Shown here piece by piece: positions 61,789 to 64,000 of a stretch of DNA of 64,000 nucleotides. Under the pieces are notes generated by a model. It had not been told where the DNA came from. It saw only the letters and a list, made by a program, of their open reading frames with translations, and made no database searches. Position 1 is the stretch's first letter, and every line of letters begins with the position of its first letter. The stretch lies in NCBI GenBank assembly GCA_010015805.1, contig ML978124.1, forward strand, positions 186,001 to 250,000, read 5' to 3'. Origin of the DNA: Rhizodiscina lignyota (taxonomy: Eukaryota). The position numbers and the translations under genes were made by a program.

Positions 61789-64000
61789 ATGAACGAGTCC
61801 CCAAACTGGAGCTTTGGCTCCACGCCAGGCTCGTCAGCACCCACTTCTTCAGCTGCTGCAACGACTAGTGCAGCCGCGCCATTGTTCGGTAGCGCTTTTG
61901 GGAGTGGTAGCACGTTTGGTAATACTCCCACGTCTGGTGCTGAGAACAAACCAAACCCATTTGGAGGTGGCACCTTGTTTGGCAAGACTCCAACGTCTGG
62001 TGCCGAGAACAAACAGTTTGGCAGCGTCTTTGGTACCCCCACAACAGCGTCGAGCGGCACGTCGAGCGGAGCTCTCTTTGGTGGAACAACATCGGGAACG
62101 AGCATGTTTGGCGGCGCGACATCATCCGCGGGAGGATCGAGTACAAGCGTTTTCGGCGGCGCGACTTCTACAGCAGGTGGCTCAGGTACGAGCCTCTTCG
62201 GCGGCGGGGCGTCTACCACAGGAGGTTCAAGTACGAACATCTTTGGTAGTGGGACATCTGCTGCAGGAGGCTCAGAATCGAGTGCGACTTCCACTGCGGG
62301 AGGTTCAGGTACGAGCCTATTTGGATCCTCAAGCACACCGGCAACATCAACATCAAACCCTTTTGCAGGTGGTGCTTTAACAGGGGGAGTGAAGGCCTCA
62401 CCATTTGGGACCCCTGGAGCATCGGGAGGTTTGTTTGGAGGTGGGGGAAGCGGCACCAGTACTCCTGGTACTGGCTTCTCCTTTGGTGCATCAAAACCAG
62501 GCAACGATACTCCAAAGACCACGGCAGCGGCTCCATCATCCAACATCTTCTCATCAAAACTAAGCGACACACCTGCTACGACCGCTCCAACCCAACAAAA
62601 TGCCTTCGGTACTGGCTCGAGCACTAGCCTCTTTGGGGGACAATCGCAAAGTGGCATTGGAAACACCGGAGGCAGCTTGTTCGGCACGCCAGTTTCTTCG
62701 GCGGCGGCTAGTACGCCTGCTACCACCGCTCCTCAGACGGGAGGTGGGTTGTTTGGAGCGACATCGCAAGGTTCAACTACTCCGGCTACCCTTTTTGGCG
62801 GACACGGTCAAAGCAGTGGTGGAAGTGCCACAAGCGCCCTATTTAGCAGTCTTACCAAAACACCAGCGACTTCGGGTCCGGCTACGAGTGCGCCGGCTAC
62901 GACCGCCCAGACGCCCCAGAACATCTTCGGACCTGCCTCTAATTCATCGTCGACTACGCCTGGCATTTTTGGTGGACAGCCGCAGGGTGGTACCGGGAGC
63001 ACAGGAGGTAGTTTGTTCAGTAACCAGGGCAAGCCGGCAGCCTCTGCAGCTCAAACTGCCAGTACGCCTGCCGCAAACAAGCCTCTGTTTGCCTCTACAA
63101 CTCCGGCTGCTCCTCCACCATCCCTCAACTTTGGAACTGGATCGCAATCTTCCGCCCCAGCTGCATCTAGCGCACTGTCAAATCTTTTCGGCAAGGCGGC
63201 CCCAGGCACAACCATGAACCTGTTTGGCAAAACTCTAGACCTAGGCCAGACACACAGCGGCTCATCGACACCTGCACCGACTACCACTACAACGAGCTCC
63301 GCACCAGTAGCAGTCCCAGCTCTCTTTCAGCCTTCAGCTAGTGCGCAGCAGCAACAACAGTCAGGAGGACTTTTCAAGTTGCCCGGAACAACCGCTGCTT
63401 CTCAGGGCACGTCTGCAACAAAACCTGCTGGAAATCTATTCGGAACACCTGGTTCTACGCCTGCGGCCGATTCCTCAGGAATGACGCCAAATCTCTTCAG
63501 TGGTTTGGGCCAATCGAAGCCTTCTACACCAGCTGCGTCAGGCGCGTCAGCAGCTCCGTCAGCCCCAGCAACATCCGCATCATCATCGAATCTCTTCGGT
63601 AGCACGCCAGCGACATCTGCACCATCTGCAAACCTCTTCAGCGGTCTAGGCGGTTCAAGTGGCACCGCTAAAACAACAACATCTGCTGCGGCAGCTACTA
63701 CAGCTGCACCGGCAGCAGGTAATGTTTTCGGTGGCTTGGGCAGCTCAAAGCCAGCTGCAACAACTACCACAAACGCCACCGCAGGACCGTCCACCACCGC
63801 GACATCCGGCCCCTCAACTTCTGCACCTGCTCCCAGCGGCACAACGACGTCGAGTACGCCCGCAGCGGACTCTACAGCCGCCCTGGGCTCCTCAACCACA
63901 GGTCCCGCGCCCTCGCAACAGTCTCGCCTTCGCCAAAGAACTCTTGACGATATCCTCACCCGCTGGGCCACAGACCTGACAAAATACCAGAAGGAATTCA
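61789..64000 (+). CDS. NSP1: FG nucleoporin Nsp1/Nup62, 3'-partial
   Basis: Frame from ATG 61789 runs to the window end with many SLFG/LFG repeats and ends in SRLRQRTLDDILTRWATDLTKYQKEF, the start of the Nsp1 C-terminal coiled coil. Confidence 0.93.
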   Translation, partial: MNESPNWSFGSTPGSSAPTSSAAATTSAAAPLFGSAFGSGSTFGNTPTSGAENKPNPFGGGTLFGKTPTSGAENKQFGSVFGTPTTASSGTSSGALFGGTTSGTSMFGGATSSAGGSSTSVFGGATSTAGGSGTSLFGGGASTTGGSSTNIFGSGTSAAGGSESSATSTAGGSGTSLFGSSSTPATSTSNPFAGGALTGGVKASPFGTPGASGGLFGGGGSGTSTPGTGFSFGASKPGNDTPKTTAAAPSSNIFSSKLSDTPATTAPTQQNAFGTGSSTSLFGGQSQSGIGNTGGSLFGTPVSSAAASTPATTAPQTGGGLFGATSQGSTTPATLFGGHGQSSGGSATSALFSSLTKTPATSGPATSAPATTAQTPQNIFGPASNSSSTTPGIFGGQPQGGTGSTGGSLFSNQGKPAASAAQTASTPAANKPLFASTTPAAPPPSLNFGTGSQSSAPAASSALSNLFGKAAPGTTMNLFGKTLDLGQTHSGSSTPAPTTTTTSSAPVAVPALFQPSASAQQQQQSGGLFKLPGTTAASQGTSATKPAGNLFGTPGSTPAADSSGMTPNLFSGLGQSKPSTPAASGASAAPSAPATSASSSNLFGSTPATSAPSANLFSGLGGSSGTAKTTTSAAAATTAAPAAGNVFGGLGSSKPAATTTTNATAGPSTTATSGPSTSAPAPSGTTTSSTPAADSTAALGSSTTGPAPSQQSRLRQRTLDDILTRWATDLTKYQKEF

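Noticed and set aside
61464..62726. 420-aa minus-strand ORF, and similarly 63402-63971
   Set aside because: Antisense shadow of the low-complexity NSP1 FG-repeat frame.

Overview
Intron-containing genomic DNA from a filamentous ascomycete (Pezizomycotina-type: ~50-65 nt GT-AG introns with CTAAC/CTGAC branch sites, Zn2Cys6 TF, HET remnant). About 29 protein-coding loci; no rRNA, tRNA, CRISPR or intact transposon recognised. The first ~41 kb is accessory/catabolic: GH1 glucosidase, P450, Mo-cofactor sulfite-oxidase-like enzyme, GMC oxidase, Osm1-like fumarate reductase, Zn2Cys6 TF with RTA1, Baeyer-Villiger monooxygenase, class II peroxidase, atypical GPR1/FUN34/YaaH channel, alpha/beta hydrolase, D-threonine-aldolase-like PLP enzyme, SDR and orphan membrane proteins. 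The last ~23 kb is mostly core genes: acyl-CoA oxidase, RAD50, white collar-2, SLX9, a Laa2-like protein and NSP1. Best sequence-level observations: the RAD50 start codon is apparently split around a 2-nt microexon; RAD50 and wc-2 are head-to-head; a 40-bp x4 tandem repeat lies upstream of the BVMO; a GC-AG intron sits just after a hydrolase catalytic serine; a run of prokaryote-like genes occupies 31.8-35.9 kb. I cannot demonstrate a new biological system here; cluster ideas are hypotheses. Family calls rest on motif recognition, not database searches.
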